Of a DNA stretch of 64,000 nt, positions 19,445-28,860 are shown in pieces. Both the position numbers and the translations under genes were made by a program. The DNA is from Yoonia sp. (GTDB lineage: Bacteria; Pseudomonadota; Alphaproteobacteria; Rhodobacterales; Rhodobacteraceae). Positions within the stretch are counted from its first letter, which is position 1, and every line of letters starts with the position of its first letter. The stretch covers positions 77,115-141,114 of the forward strand of contig NZ_JACUUJ010000002.1 of assembly GCF_014859355.1 (NCBI RefSeq), in the 5' to 3' direction. The notes beneath the pieces are model-generated. The model ran no database searches, was not told the origin of the DNA, and saw only the letters and a list, made by a program, of their open reading frames with translations.

Positions 19445-21775
19445 TTATTGATCCATGTTCATGGAGGCGACCCACATGCTGCCTTCACGCTGCACCGCAA
19501 ACATGAACTGTGTGGTTCCCGTGTCGATCTCACGTTCTAGAATGGTTGCCAGTGTATCACGGGCTGTGATGCGTTCTGATGTGGGGATGTAGGATGTTAC
19601 GATGTCGCCGGGCCGCAGGTCTGAGGTGGTGTTCGAGGGCACATCAACGACAACGGTCCGCCAGTTGGAACCGGCAAAGGACGACTGAAACCTGATCCCG
19701 TTCAACATGACGATGTCTTGGATGACCGGCATGATCCACGCACGATCCGCGGTTTCGCCCGTTGCCGGGTCACGGGTGCCAAAAACCACCTGCACCGTGT
19801 CGCCCTGTGATGCCTGCTGATTGGCACGCAAGGTTGCCGGAATGTCGCCAATGCTGTCAATCGGCGTGCCGTTCACCGCCGTGATTTCCAGCCCTGGACG
19901 CACCCAAACCGGCGTGACTGCGCCCAAAGCGCCAACGACATTTGACCCGGGCGCATCGGATTGGAAGGGCAATTGCACAGACCATACGGATACCACACTA
20001 GGCGGCGGCAATTCGTTGCCGGGGGTCACGGCGTCAATGTCGATGATCAGTCCGTTGCCAACGGCGGCGACGGACTCTGGCGTGGCCGCGAACACAAGGT
20101 CGGCCATTTCAGTTTCGACGATGGACCGGCTGACGCGCAGTTCGGGAAATGCGATCGCCGCGGCCGGTTCCGTGCTTGTGGGGCGCGGGGTCATCACGGG
20201 TTCTGGAACAGGCTGCGTGACGACTGCCGTCATGGCCGCGATTTCCACCGCGTCCGCGCGGGGCACAGGGCGGATTTCCGGTGTTGCAATGTCGTCACTT
20301 GCTGCAACAGGGCCACCGATGATCCCAGCGTCTGTCCCGGTTCCGATTTCGGGGGCTGCTGTATCTGTTGTCAGTGTTGGTGTGGGCTGGGCCTCGGCCA
20401 TGACGGGTGCCGGATCAGCAATCGCGTCAGGCGCAACATTCGCTGACTGCACGGGCGCCGCCGGCAAGTCTGGTGCGGCTGGTTCAAAAGCAGGCGGTGC
20501 AGATGCAGGCGCTGTGGCCGGTTGATCCAGCACGGCTGTTTCAGTCACAACAACAGGTGGTGTGTCTGAAGGCACTGCGACAACCGTCGAAACAGCGGTA
20601 TCGTCACGACCCGGCATAAGCATCACACCGACGCCCACCATAATCGCCAGCACTGCCGCAGACCCAAGAAGCATTGGCAGTTTTGATTTTTGTTGCGGCG
20701 CAGCCACATCGATGACAGGGGCCGCTTTCGCGGCTGGCTTGATCGCCGTTCCCACCTTCAGTGGTGTGACATTTCCCGGAAGACCATCCATCATGTCCAG
20801 CCATTCCCGGGCGGATTGCAGACGATCCTTTGGCAGTACGGCCAAAGCCTTGTCGATGGCGGCCAAGAACGAATCTTCGTATTCAGTGATCCGGCCGACC
20901 AATGGCACATAAGGGTCGGGTTCGCTGGATGCGACGGCGGCCAAACGCGCCTGGCTGTTGGGGGGCACTTGTTTGGCAATCAAATGGTAAAAGGATGCAG
21001 CCAAGGCATAAAGATCGCTGCTGGGGCCTTGCTCGCTGCCTGCGATGTAAAATTCCTGTGGCGAATATCCGTCCTTGACCACGCGCAGGGCCGACAGAAC
21101 CCGGCTTTGCTTTGTTGCCTGTTCGCGGGCTGCACCGAAGTCAATCAACACAGGGTGAAACTGCGCATTGATAAGGATGTTGTCGGGCGAAATGTCGCGG
21201 TGAAGGATCCCTTGTTCGTGGATGAAACCAACAGCGCCAAGCGCTTCTTTCAGGATCACCTTGATCTGGGTAGGGGTCAGCCCGTGGTTGGGGTCTTCGA
21301 TCGTATCAAGCAGGTCGCGCCCTTCCACAAAATCGAGCGCCATATAGGCCGTTTCGTTGTCTTCAAAAACCTGATGCACCCCCACAATGTTGGGGTGATC
21401 CAGTTTCGCAAGGCTGCGCGCCTCTTGGACGAACAGGCGGACGATAGATTTCAATTCGTTCTGATGCGCGCGCGACCGGGCCTGCACCACATAGCGGCTA
21501 CGGCGGCAAAATGCGCCGGGGAAACATTCCTTGATCACGATCTTGCGGTCCAGGCTGTCCCGCGCAAGATATGTGATCCCGAAACCACCTGCGTTCAGGA
21601 AACTTTCGATCGTGTACTGGCCGTGCATCAGTTTTGTGCCTGGCTTCAGTTCATCGACGAAGCTGTCCTTGTCGTCTGTGTTTTCTTTCACCAGTGGCTT
21701 ACCCATCTCACATCCAGCTCTCAACTTGCGGTGGTTACACGGATTTTCCGGTAACTGTTGATTTTTATCTCTCAT
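19445..21775 (-). CDS. membrane-anchored Hanks-type Ser/Thr protein kinase with a large extracytoplasmic domain
   Basis: 776-aa ORF (start could be MGKPLV at 21706). Gly loop NAGGFGITY, VIKE Lys, HRDISPDNILI, DFGAA and SPQE. One TM segment (LPMLLGSAAVLAIMVGVGVMLM, res 366-387). Pro/Ala/Thr-rich linker (about res 395-545). Folded-looking C-terminal ~230 aa. Confidence 0.85.
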   Translation of the reverse strand: MRDKNQQLPENPCNHRKLRAGCEMGKPLVKENTDDKDSFVDELKPGTKLMHGQYTIESFLNAGGFGITYLARDSLDRKIVIKECFPGAFCRRSRYVVQARSRAHQNELKSIVRLFVQEARSLAKLDHPNIVGVHQVFEDNETAYMALDFVEGRDLLDTIEDPNHGLTPTQIKVILKEALGAVGFIHEQGILHRDISPDNILINAQFHPVLIDFGAAREQATKQSRVLSALRVVKDGYSPQEFYIAGSEQGPSSDLYALAASFYHLIAKQVPPNSQARLAAVASSEPDPYVPLVGRITEYEDSFLAAIDKALAVLPKDRLQSAREWLDMMDGLPGNVTPLKVGTAIKPAAKAAPVIDVAAPQQKSKLPMLLGSAAVLAIMVGVGVMLMPGRDDTAVSTVVAVPSDTPPVVVTETAVLDQPATAPASAPPAFEPAAPDLPAAPVQSANVAPDAIADPAPVMAEAQPTPTLTTDTAAPEIGTGTDAGIIGGPVAASDDIATPEIRPVPRADAVEIAAMTAVVTQPVPEPVMTPRPTSTEPAAAIAFPELRVSRSIVETEMADLVFAATPESVAAVGNGLIIDIDAVTPGNELPPPSVVSVWSVQLPFQSDAPGSNVVGALGAVTPVWVRPGLEITAVNGTPIDSIGDIPATLRANQQASQGDTVQVVFGTRDPATGETADRAWIMPVIQDIVMLNGIRFQSSFAGSNWRTVVVDVPSNTTSDLRPGDIVTSYIPTSERITARDTLATILEREIDTGTTQFMFAVQREGSMWVASMNMDQ

Positions 21776-22175
21776 CTAAATTGGGCCAAAAAGTGACGCC
21801 AACTTGTTGTTTGCGGGCCATTAATCAGCGCATTTTCTGATGATTGCCCCATGTTTGTGAAACAGTGCAGCCCGTATTTGCTGCGTTTACCAGTGAATAT
21901 CGCAACATTTGTGTCAAATTTGCAGCGTCTGTGGCCCGAAGGTGTAATGCATGACCCACGGCACCGCAGGACAGGCGATTTCAGCATCCATTTGACTGGT
22001 TTTAGGATTCAAAACGTAGAATCACCGTTGCTACGTGTGATTTTTGGGGCCCTTGCCAGGGCGATTCTTTGCGGGGTCGGGGCAAGGATGCGTGGTGCTG
22101 TTATTGCTGGCATGATCTTGTTCCCTCTTGTGCAAGGGTGCAGCATTGCGCCAATACAAGGTGGGGGGCGCTTGA

Positions 22176-23150
22176 ATGACACGGATATTTATTAACGGAT
22201 TTGGCCGTATTGGGCGCACGGTGTTACGCGCTTGGGCCAAGGGCGACTGGCCTGCCCTGGATATCGTCGGCATCAACGATATCGCGGCGCCGGATCTTTG
22301 CGCACATCTGTTTGCCTATGACAGCGTCTTTGGCCCCTATCCCGGCACGGCAGAGATGGTCGGGGATTCACTGGTCGTGGACGGCAAGGCGATCCCGCTG
22401 TCGCGCAGGGATGACATCAGCACCCTTGATTTGTCCGGGGTTGACGTGTTGCTGGAATGCACCGGCAAGGCCGACAGCCGCGATGTTGCCGCGCGCGGTT
22501 TGGATGCGGGGGCGGGCAGGGTGCTGATTTCCGGCCCGTCAGATGCGGCGGATGCAACTGTGGTGCTGGGGGCAAATGACGCAGTTCTGGCCGGTCAACC
22601 GATCGTTTCAAATGCGTCCTGCACCACCAACGCGCTAGCTCCGCTGGTCAAATTGCTGGATGCCACTTGGGGGCTGCAAACGGGTTGGATGACGACGATC
22701 CATTGCTACACTGGCAGCCAGCCCACCATTGATGCCCCGCGCGGCGATTATATGCGAAGTCGTGCCGCCGGCCTGTCTATGGTGCCGACAACGACTTCGG
22801 CGCAGCATTTGCTGGACGTTGTGTTGCCCGATCTCGCAGGTCGGATCGCGGCGGCGGCGGTGCGTGTGCCTACGGCATCGGTATCGGCGGTGGATTTGAC
22901 GGTGGTCTTGCGCACCATCCCAACTGACGAGGCGCTGCACGATTTTCTGTCGCTGCAACGCGGGGTCATCGGGCATACTGACAAGATGCTGGTGTCATCT
23001 GACCTGCGCGCAAGGCCCGAAAGCCTGATCATCGCCCTGCCTGAATGCCGGGTGACGGCAGGCGGGCTGGTGCGTATCTTTGGCTGGTATGACAACGAAT
23101 GGGGCTTTTCGTGCCGGATGCTGGATATGGCGGCGCGGATGGGGAAATGA
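22176..23150 (+). CDS. gap: glyceraldehyde-3-phosphate dehydrogenase family protein (type I, divergent paralogue)
   Basis: 324-aa ORF. NGFGRIGR Rossmann start, catalytic SNASCTTN and C-terminal WYDNEWGF. Confidence 0.8.
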   Translation: MTRIFINGFGRIGRTVLRAWAKGDWPALDIVGINDIAAPDLCAHLFAYDSVFGPYPGTAEMVGDSLVVDGKAIPLSRRDDISTLDLSGVDVLLECTGKADSRDVAARGLDAGAGRVLISGPSDAADATVVLGANDAVLAGQPIVSNASCTTNALAPLVKLLDATWGLQTGWMTTIHCYTGSQPTIDAPRGDYMRSRAAGLSMVPTTTSAQHLLDVVLPDLAGRIAAAAVRVPTASVSAVDLTVVLRTIPTDEALHDFLSLQRGVIGHTDKMLVSSDLRARPESLIIALPECRVTAGGLVRIFGWYDNEWGFSCRMLDMAARMGK

Positions 23151-23252
23151 AACGCCCCCGCCCCGCCCAAGGGCTGCCTACTGGGGATGCACCCTTTCCC
23201 TTTGGGTCTGCGCGCACTAGGTAGCAAGCGAACCTAGAAAACAGGCAAATTC

Positions 23253-24179
23253 ATGTCCGCGATCGTATCCGTCCAGAACCTTCGCAAATCCTACGCTGGG
23301 GGTTTTGAGGCGCTCAAAGGCGTCAACCTTGACATCCAAGAGGGCGAGATCCTTGCGCTGCTTGGCCCAAATGGCGCGGGTAAGACGACTTTGATTTCAA
23401 CGATTTGCGGGATCACGGTGCCGACATCGGGGCATGTAACCGTAGGTGGTCACGACACGCAGGCCGATTTTCGCGCCGCCCGCAGCCTGATCGGTCTGGT
23501 GCCGCAGGAAATCAACCTTGAACCGTTCGAAACCGTGTTCAGCACGGTGCGGTTTTCGCGCGGGTTGTTCGGCAAGCCGCGCGATGACGGCTATATTGAA
23601 AAAATCCTGAACCAGCTTTCGTTGGGCGACAAGAAAAACGCCAAGATCATGACCCTGTCCGGCGGCATGAAACGCCGTGTGCTGATCGCCAAGGCGCTGG
23701 CCCATGAACCGCGTGTGTTGTTTTTGGACGAACCCACCGCAGGCGTGGATGTGGAACTGCGCAAGGACATGTGGGATGTGGTCGCCGACCTGAAATCGTC
23801 AGGCGTCACGATCATCCTGACGACACACTATATCGAAGAGGCCGAGGCGATTGCCGACCGTGTCGGTGTGATCAACAAGGGCGAAATCCTGTTGGTGCAG
23901 GACAAGGCCGAAATGATGGCCCAGATGGGGCAAAAGCAGTTGCAGATCGCACTGGCCACGGCCACGCAGGATATTCCGGCAGCTTTGGCACACTACAACC
24001 TTGACCGCGCAGACGACGGGCTGACCCTGACTTACACCTACGACACGAAGGGCGAACGCACCGGCATCACGACCCTTTTGGCCGATCTGGCCAAGGCGGG
24101 GCTGAAGCTGAAAGATATCCAGACCCGTCAAAGCAGCCTGGAGGATATCTTTGTCGGGCTGGTAAAGGAAAAAGCATGA
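23253..24179 (+). CDS. ABC transporter ATP-binding protein (ABC-2 type exporter)
   Basis: 308-aa ORF. Walker [10 protein letters not shown], signature LSGGMKRR and Walker B VLFLDEPT. Overlaps the downstream permease gene by 4 nt. Confidence 0.85.
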   Translation: MSAIVSVQNLRKSYAGGFEALKGVNLDIQEGEILALLGPNGAGKTTLISTICGITVPTSGHVTVGGHDTQADFRAARSLIGLVPQEINLEPFETVFSTVRFSRGLFGKPRDDGYIEKILNQLSLGDKKNAKIMTLSGGMKRRVLIAKALAHEPRVLFLDEPTAGVDVELRKDMWDVVADLKSSGVTIILTTHYIEEAEAIADRVGVINKGEILLVQDKAEMMAQMGQKQLQIALATATQDIPAALAHYNLDRADDGLTLTYTYDTKGERTGITTLLADLAKAGLKLKDIQTRQSSLEDIFVGLVKEKA

Positions 24180-24937
24180 ATCTGACTGCTGTCAAATCCA
24201 TTTACATGTTCGAAATGGCGCGGTTTTTCCGCACCATCATGCAAAGCCTTGTTTCGCCGGTATTGTCCACCTCGCTTTATTTCGTGGTGTTTGGTGCCGC
24301 CATCGGCAGCCGGATCGACCAGGTGGAGGGTGTCAGCTATGGCGCGTTCATCGTGCCGGGGCTGATCATGCTGTCGGTGATGACGCAGGCGACGACCAAT
24401 GCCAGTTTTGGCATCTATTTCCCCAAATTCATCGGCACAATCTATGAATTGCTGTCTGCGCCGGTGAATTTTCTTGAAATTACGGCAGGCTATGTGGGGG
24501 CGGCGGCGACCAAGGCGATGTTTATTGGGCTGATCATCCTTGGCACAGCGCATCTGTTCGTCGATCTGAACATCGCGCACCCCGTTGCCATGCTGGCCTT
24601 TCTGACGCTGACCTGCATCAGCTTTTCCCTTTTGGGGTTCATCATCGGGATCTGGGCGGGGAATTTCGAACAGTTGCAACTTATCCCACTGTTGATCATC
24701 ACGCCGCTGGTTTTTCTGGGCGGGTCTTTTTATTCGATTACGATGCTGCCGCCGGTCTGGCAGACGATCACCCTGTTCAACCCTGTGGTTTACCTGATCA
24801 GCGGGTTCCGCTGGTCGTTCTTTGGCACGGCAGACGTCAGTATCGGGGTATCGCTTGCGGCCATCGCATTGTTTACCGCGATTTGCCTGACGGCGATCTG
24901 GTGGATTTTCCGCACCGGTTGGCGGATCAGGCAATAA
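24176..24937 (+). CDS. ABC-2 type transporter permease
   Basis: 253-aa ORF with six hydrophobic spans. ATGA coupling to the ATPase gene. Confidence 0.8.
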   Translation: MNLTAVKSIYMFEMARFFRTIMQSLVSPVLSTSLYFVVFGAAIGSRIDQVEGVSYGAFIVPGLIMLSVMTQATTNASFGIYFPKFIGTIYELLSAPVNFLEITAGYVGAAATKAMFIGLIILGTAHLFVDLNIAHPVAMLAFLTLTCISFSLLGFIIGIWAGNFEQLQLIPLLIITPLVFLGGSFYSITMLPPVWQTITLFNPVVYLISGFRWSFFGTADVSIGVSLAAIALFTAICLTAIWWIFRTGWRIRQ

Positions 24938-24974
24938 CCTTGCGCTGCGTCCAAAGCGGCTTAGATGGTGTGAT

Positions 24975-25769
24975 ATGAAACGCTTTATTCCTTTTTTGAA
25001 ATCCGATCCGTTTGTCGCCGTGATCCGCCTGCAAGGCGCGATCAGCAATAGTGCGCGAGGGCTGGACAACCCCAGCCTTGCGCCTGTGATCGAAAAGGCG
25101 TTCAGCCGGGGCAAACCCGCCGCTGTGGCGCTTGAAATCAACTGTCCTGGCGGGTCGCCGGTGCAATCTTCACTGATTGCGGCGCGTATCCGGCGGCTGG
25201 CGGACGAAAAGAAAATCCCCGTTTTCGCCTTTGTCGAGGATGTGGCGGCGTCGGGCGGCTATTGGTTGGCCTGTGCGGCGGACGAAATTTTCATCGACGC
25301 CTGTTCGATCACCGGTTCGATCGGCGTCATCAGCGCCGGTTTTGGCGCGCACGATGCGATTGAAAAACTGGGTGTGCAGCGCCGTGTGCATACATCGGGG
25401 ACGTCGAAATCCATGCTGGACCCGTTCAAGCCGGAAAAGCCTGCGGATATCAAAAAGCTGAAAGGCTGGTTAGAGGATCTACACACGACCTTTACAGACT
25501 ATGTGAAATTGCGGCGCGGCACGAAACTGGCGGATAATCCTGACCTGTTCACCGGCGAGGTGTTCATCGGCCACAAGGGCATTGACGCAGGGCTGGCTGA
25601 CGGGATCGGCCATCTTGTGCCGATGATGAAACAGCGGTTTGGCGACAAGGTGAAATTCCGCCGCTATGAACAAAGCCGCCCGTTGCTGGCGCGCTTTGGG
25701 GCGCGGGTCGTCGATGACACCATTGGCGGGATCGAAGAACGCGCCGCATTCGCGAGGTTCGGCCTGTGA
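24975..25769 (+). CDS. S49 family peptidase (short SppA/SohB-like)
   Basis: 264-aa ORF. The AASGGYWLACAADEIF and GSIGV motifs are typical of signal-peptide-peptidase S49. Confidence 0.8.
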   Translation: MKRFIPFLKSDPFVAVIRLQGAISNSARGLDNPSLAPVIEKAFSRGKPAAVALEINCPGGSPVQSSLIAARIRRLADEKKIPVFAFVEDVAASGGYWLACAADEIFIDACSITGSIGVISAGFGAHDAIEKLGVQRRVHTSGTSKSMLDPFKPEKPADIKKLKGWLEDLHTTFTDYVKLRRGTKLADNPDLFTGEVFIGHKGIDAGLADGIGHLVPMMKQRFGDKVKFRRYEQSRPLLARFGARVVDDTIGGIEERAAFARFGL

Positions 25770-25933
25770 TTGTCAAATCTGTCATTCTGTTTCTGGCCTT
25801 CATTTTTGTGCTGGGTATTTTCGGGAAATGGCGTTTTCCCGGCCAGCAGCGGCTGGCCGACGCCAAATGCCCCAAATGCCAACGCTACCGCATCGGCAAA
25901 GGCCCGTGTGCCTGTGAAAAGGGCCGCCCGTGA
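25766..25933 (+). CDS. small (55 aa) membrane protein with C-terminal CxxC...CxC cluster; below the ORF-track length cut-off
   Basis: My translation from GTG 25766: VIVKSVILFLAFIFVLGIFGKWRFPGQQRLADAKCPKCQRYRIGKGPCACEKGRP*. The GTG overlaps the S49 stop (GTGA), and its own TGA overlaps the GTG start of the next gene (GTGA at 25930-25933). Confidence 0.45.
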   Translation: MIVKSVILFLAFIFVLGIFGKWRFPGQQRLADAKCPKCQRYRIGKGPCACEKGRP

Positions 25934-26706
25934 GGGCGCTTGTGACGGGCGCAGGGGCGCGGCTGGGGCAGGCAATGGCGTTGTATCTGGGTCAACGCGG
26001 CTATGACGTGGCGGTGCATTATGCAGGGTCCGCGACCGGGGCGGCCGATACGGTGGCGCAGTTGCTGGCGATGGGCCGGCAGGCCGTGGCATTGCAGGCC
26101 GATCTGTTGGACGAAAACGCAACATGCGCGTTGATCGGGCGGGCGGTTGATGCGCTGGGCGGGCCGCTGACCTGTCTGATCAACAATGCGTCGATTTTCG
26201 AATATGACAGCATCGCAACGGCAACGCGCACCAGCTGGGACCGGCATATTGAATCGAACCTGCGCGCGCCTTTCGTTCTGACCCAAGCGTTCGCGGCCCA
26301 GGCCCCTGACCTCATCCATGATACCAATGGTGAACCGGTGGCGCAGGCGCTGGTGATCAACATGCTGGATCAGCGGATACACAAACTGACGCCCGAATTC
26401 ATGAGCTATACCATCGCCAAGATGGGGCTTTGGGCGATGACACGCACCACGGCGCAGGCGCTGGCCCCGAAAATACGGGTCAACGGCATCGGGCCGGGGC
26501 CGACGTTGCAAGGGCACCGGCAATCTGTGACGCATTTTGAAAAGCAACGCGCGGCGACGATCCTGAAACGTGGTGCAAACCCTGCCGATATCACCGCGGC
26601 GTTGGGTTATTTTCTGGATGCGCCTGCGATTACCGGGCAGATGCTGGCGGTTGATGGCGGTCAGCACCTTGCTTGGGAAACGCCGGACGTGCTGGGGTTG
26701 GAGTGA
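25930..26706 (+). CDS. short-chain dehydrogenase/reductase (pteridine-reductase-like SDR)
   Basis: 258-aa ORF. TGAGARLG cofactor motif, NNAS and YxxxK (YTIAK). Confidence 0.8.
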   Translation: MRALVTGAGARLGQAMALYLGQRGYDVAVHYAGSATGAADTVAQLLAMGRQAVALQADLLDENATCALIGRAVDALGGPLTCLINNASIFEYDSIATATRTSWDRHIESNLRAPFVLTQAFAAQAPDLIHDTNGEPVAQALVINMLDQRIHKLTPEFMSYTIAKMGLWAMTRTTAQALAPKIRVNGIGPGPTLQGHRQSVTHFEKQRAATILKRGANPADITAALGYFLDAPAITGQMLAVDGGQHLAWETPDVLGLE

Positions 26707-26907
26707 CGCGGCGCTAAAGTTGTGCACCCCCTGAATCCTGCGTCACGCGAATGTTACAATTTCACTGTTTTTCAAGGCGTTAAGCATGTGTAAATAAAAA
26801 TATATAGTAAATTCAATGAATTACATATGCGCCTAATTTTTAGGCAAAGTGACGAAGCCTGCTGAAAACAAGGAAAATTTCAGGGTGTCACGGATTAACC
26901 CACCGAC

Positions 26908-26916
26908 TTATCCACA
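26908..26916 (+). promoter_or_regulatory. consensus DnaA-box sequence TTATCCACA upstream of uvrC
   Basis: Exact 9-mer read at 26908-26916. It sits in the loop of ccaccg...cggtgg (26900-26926) and forms ATCCAC-N7-GTGGAT with downstream sequence. Function is untested. Confidence 0.3.
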
Positions 26917-26991
26917 GAAACGGTGGATGCCTTTCCTCTTGCCCCTGCGACGTTACCATTGCAGCAACCACAGAATCACAGATACGTGACC

Positions 26992-28860
26992 ATGACCGAC
27001 CAGCCGATCAATCCACCCGCGACCGGATACGACCTGATACACGGGTATTTGCGCACGATTGATGCGTCGCCCGGTGTTTACCGAATGCTGGATGCGGACA
27101 GTCGCGTGCTTTATGTTGGCAAGGCGCGGAACCTGCGCGCGCGGGTCAGCAACTATGCCCGCCCCGGCAATCATTCGCCGCGTATCACGCGGATGATCAG
27201 CGAAACCGCCTCGATGATGTTTCTGACCACGCGCACCGAAACCGAGGCGCTGTTGCTGGAACAGAACCTGATCAAACAGTTGAAACCGCGCTACAACGTG
27301 TTGCTGCGCGACGACAAATCCTTTCCCAACATTCTGGTGACAAAGGATCACGCCTATCCGCAGATCAAGAAACATCGCGGTGCGAAAAAGCAAAAGGGCA
27401 ATTATTATGGCCCCTTTGCCGGGGCGGGGGCGGTCAACCGCACGCTGAACCAGTTGCAGCGGGTGTTTTTGCTGCGTAACTGTTCGGATAGCGATTTCGA
27501 GACGCGGACGCGCCCTTGCCTGCAATACCAGATCAAACGCTGTTCCGGCCCCTGTTGCGGGCTGATTTCCACAGATGATTACGCAGCGTCGGTGCGCGAT
27601 GCCGAACAGTTCCTGCAAGGCCGCACCAAGGGCATTCAGCAGACGCTGGCCGCGCAGATGCAGGCGGCCAGCGATGCGATGGAGTTCGAACGCGCCGCCG
27701 CCCTGCGCGACCGGATCAAGGCACTGACACAGGTGCAATCGGCGCAAGGGATAAACCCGCAAAGCACCGCCGAGGCGGATGTGATCGCGCTGCATACCGA
27801 TGGCGGGCAGGCTTGTGTGCAGGTGTTTTTCATCCGAGCCAACCAGAACTGGGGCAACCACGACTATTACCCCCGCGTCAGCGGCGACGAAGACCCGTCC
27901 GAGGTGATGGAGGCCTTTGTCGGTCAATTCTACGCTACGCGCGAACCGCCGCGCATGCTGATCCTGTCGCATGGGTTGGATAATGATGATCTGATGGTTC
28001 AGGCATTGTCTGAAAAGGCGGGGCGCAAGGTGGATATCACTGTGCCGCAACGCGGCGAAAAGGCTGAACTGGTACAAAATGCACTGCGCAACGCCCGCGA
28101 AAGCCTTGCGCGCAAGATGTCTGAAACGGCCACGCAGGGGCGTTTGCTGAAAGGGCTGGCCGCAGCGTTCGATCTGCCCCGCGTGCCGCAGCGGATCGAG
28201 GTTTACGACAACAGCCACATTCAGGGTGCCCATGCGGTCGGCGCGATGGTGGTGGCCGGGCCGGATGGTTTTGACAAGAACCAGTATCGCAAATTCAACA
28301 TCCGCGGCGATGACCTGACCCCCGGCGATGATTTCGGCATGATGAAAGAGGTGCTGACCCGCCGTTTCCAACGTCTGCTGAAGGAAGACCCCGAACGCAC
28401 CCAAGGCACCTGGCCCGACCTGTTGTTGATTGATGGCGGGGCCGGGCAGGTCAGTGCTGTGCGGCAGATCATGGATGATCTGGGCGTTAGTGACATTCCC
28501 ATGGTGGGCGTGGCCAAAGGCGAAGACCGCGACGCAGGCAAAGAGGAATTTCACCGCACCGGCAAACCCGTCATGGCGCTGCGCCACAATGATCCGGTGC
28601 TGTATTTCATCCAAAGGATGCGGGACGAGGTGCACCGTTTTGCCATCGGCACGCATCGTGCCAAGCGGTCAAAGGCAATTGGTGCGACCCCGCTGGATGA
28701 CGTGCCCGGCGTTGGGGCCGCGCGCAAACGTGCGCTATTGGCGCATTTCGGGTCGGCCAAGGCGGTGGCGCGCGCGAACCTTGCTGATCTGAGGGCGGTG
28801 GAAGGTGTGTCGGGGAATATGGCCCAGACAATCTATGATTACTTTCACGAAAACGGTTAA
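26992..28860 (+). CDS. uvrC: excinuclease ABC subunit C
   Basis: ORF 26923..28860; likely start is MTDQPINPP at 26992. GIY-YIG motif ([25 protein letters not shown]), UVR domain ([14 protein letters not shown]) and C-terminal HhH ([12 protein letters not shown]). Confidence 0.9.
   Translation: MTDQPINPPATGYDLIHGYLRTIDASPGVYRMLDADSRVLYVGKARNLRARVSNYARPGNHSPRITRMISETASMMFLTTRTETEALLLEQNLIKQLKPRYNVLLRDDKSFPNILVTKDHAYPQIKKHRGAKKQKGNYYGPFAGAGAVNRTLNQLQRVFLLRNCSDSDFETRTRPCLQYQIKRCSGPCCGLISTDDYAASVRDAEQFLQGRTKGIQQTLAAQMQAASDAMEFERAAALRDRIKALTQVQSAQGINPQSTAEADVIALHTDGGQACVQVFFIRANQNWGNHDYYPRVSGDEDPSEVMEAFVGQFYATREPPRMLILSHGLDNDDLMVQALSEKAGRKVDITVPQRGEKAELVQNALRNARESLARKMSETATQGRLLKGLAAAFDLPRVPQRIEVYDNSHIQGAHAVGAMVVAGPDGFDKNQYRKFNIRGDDLTPGDDFGMMKEVLTRRFQRLLKEDPERTQGTWPDLLLIDGGAGQVSAVRQIMDDLGVSDIPMVGVAKGEDRDAGKEEFHRTGKPVMALRHNDPVLYFIQRMRDEVHRFAIGTHRAKRSKAIGATPLDDVPGVGAARKRALLAHFGSAKAVARANLADLRAVEGVSGNMAQTIYDYFHENG

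Noticed and set aside
20690-21754. 354-aa ORF on the plus strand (also 19821..20525 and similar)
   Set aside because: It is antisense to the Ser/Thr kinase gene, which has a full set of Hanks motifs. It is a shadow ORF.
24128-25141. 337-aa ORF on the minus strand
   Set aside because: It is antisense to the ABC-2 permease and the start of the S49 peptidase gene. The product is extremely Arg/Pro/Gln/Asp-rich, so it is a GC-skew artefact.
25885-26727. 280-aa ORF on the minus strand
   Set aside because: It is antisense to the SDR gene, which has the TGxxxxxG and YxxxK motifs. No motifs are present in the antisense frame.
26900-26930. Replication origin suggested by the consensus DnaA box
   Set aside because: There is a single perfect box plus one degenerate inverted copy. 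There is no cluster of boxes and no DUE-type repeats with the right periodicity. No origin-linked genes (dnaA, dnaN, hemE, parAB) are nearby. I kept it only as a possible regulatory site.
26953-28656. 567-aa ORF on the minus strand
   Set aside because: It is entirely antisense to uvrC, whose product carries clear GIY-YIG, UVR and HhH motifs. The antisense product is Arg/Gly/His/Gln-rich with no motif. Such shadow ORFs are typical of GC-rich DNA.
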